Below are positions 63,556 to 64,000 of a stretch of 64,000 nt of DNA, in pieces. Origin of the DNA: Longimicrobiales bacterium (lineage in GTDB: Bacteria; Gemmatimonadota; Gemmatimonadetes; Longimicrobiales; Gaopeijiaceae); assembly GCA_965198065.1 (NCBI GenBank), contig CBDAON010000004.1, forward strand, positions 2,016,001 through 2,080,000, given 5' to 3'. The notes beneath the pieces are model-generated. The model did no database searches. It had not been told where the DNA came from and saw only the letters and a list, made by a program, of their open reading frames with translations. The position numbers were made by a program, and so were the translations under genes. Position 1 is the stretch's first letter, and each line of letters starts with the position of its first letter.

Positions 63556-64000
63556 CCCGGGCCGAGTCGATATCTGCGGTGGTTGGGAAGGGAGCGGGGG
63601 GAGCTTCTCGACCCCTGCACCGGGCAGCCCTACTCGGGAGACCAGACGGCGAGCTCGTTTCCACTCGGATCAACGAAATGAAATCGGCGTCCACCCGGGA
63701 ACCCAAACGGCCCTTTCACTATGCTGGCGCCGGCCGAGCGTACCGAAGGCAGCGGCAAACATTCGCTCTTCCAGCCGCGACCCGGCTGCCCTCACTCAGT
63801 TGCCTGGGTCATCGGTCCTCCGGTATGTTGCCGATCCTCATCCGTAGGAATGGGTTCTGATGGCCGTGGTGGCGGCCGTTCACACTCCGAGTTCGAATTC
63901 ACGCCAGGGGAAACCGATGACGCTTCCACGCACGTCATTTCGCGACTTCTTTGCCGTCCCGCCGATCTGCTTGCTCGTGCTTTGCTTCGCAAGCGTCGAG

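Noticed and set aside
63880..63915. attR or tRNA fragment (GTTCGAATT)
   Set aside because: No T-stem pairing and no match to the tRNA-Arg 3' end

Overview
High-GC bacterial chromosomal window. Gene content and style suggest Gemmatimonadota, but that is inference. Bases 1-38118 are housekeeping: partial hemE, thyX, cysK, hemY, rho, mlaEFD, trxB, fumC and nfo. They continue with a pterin cluster (type II PTPS-folE-SDR-queD) behind a promoter and a structured ~200-nt leader, a TPR/OsmC/acyl-CoA ligase/CutA/macro/transglutaminase/ABC run, cyclophilin, msrB, a lipoprotein gene split by an IS186-like IS4 element, and an IDH/IPMDH-family gene. tRNA-Lys(CTT) is the entry site of a 6.6-kb integrase-less island bounded by a 43-bp att repeat. 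It carries an IS1595 element with a Fic passenger, a dead IS110 and an M14 peptidase. Next come a lipoprotein serpin, a P1B-4 ATPase, DUF2461, a radical SAM gene, RNase P RNA and tRNA-Arg(CCG). A second, heavily decayed island follows, with a tyrosine integrase, restriction-modification remnants, IS3/IS256 fragments, TPR, DinB, an APC permease and def; its right end is not visible. Many 1-2 nt frameshifts in otherwise intact genes suggest long-read indel errors. Best novelty candidates: the leader-controlled BH4-like pterin operon, a loop-less GroES-like ORF, a Tyr-to-His pteridine reductase, and the macro/transglutaminase/ABC module. All calls come from motif recognition by eye; no searches were run.
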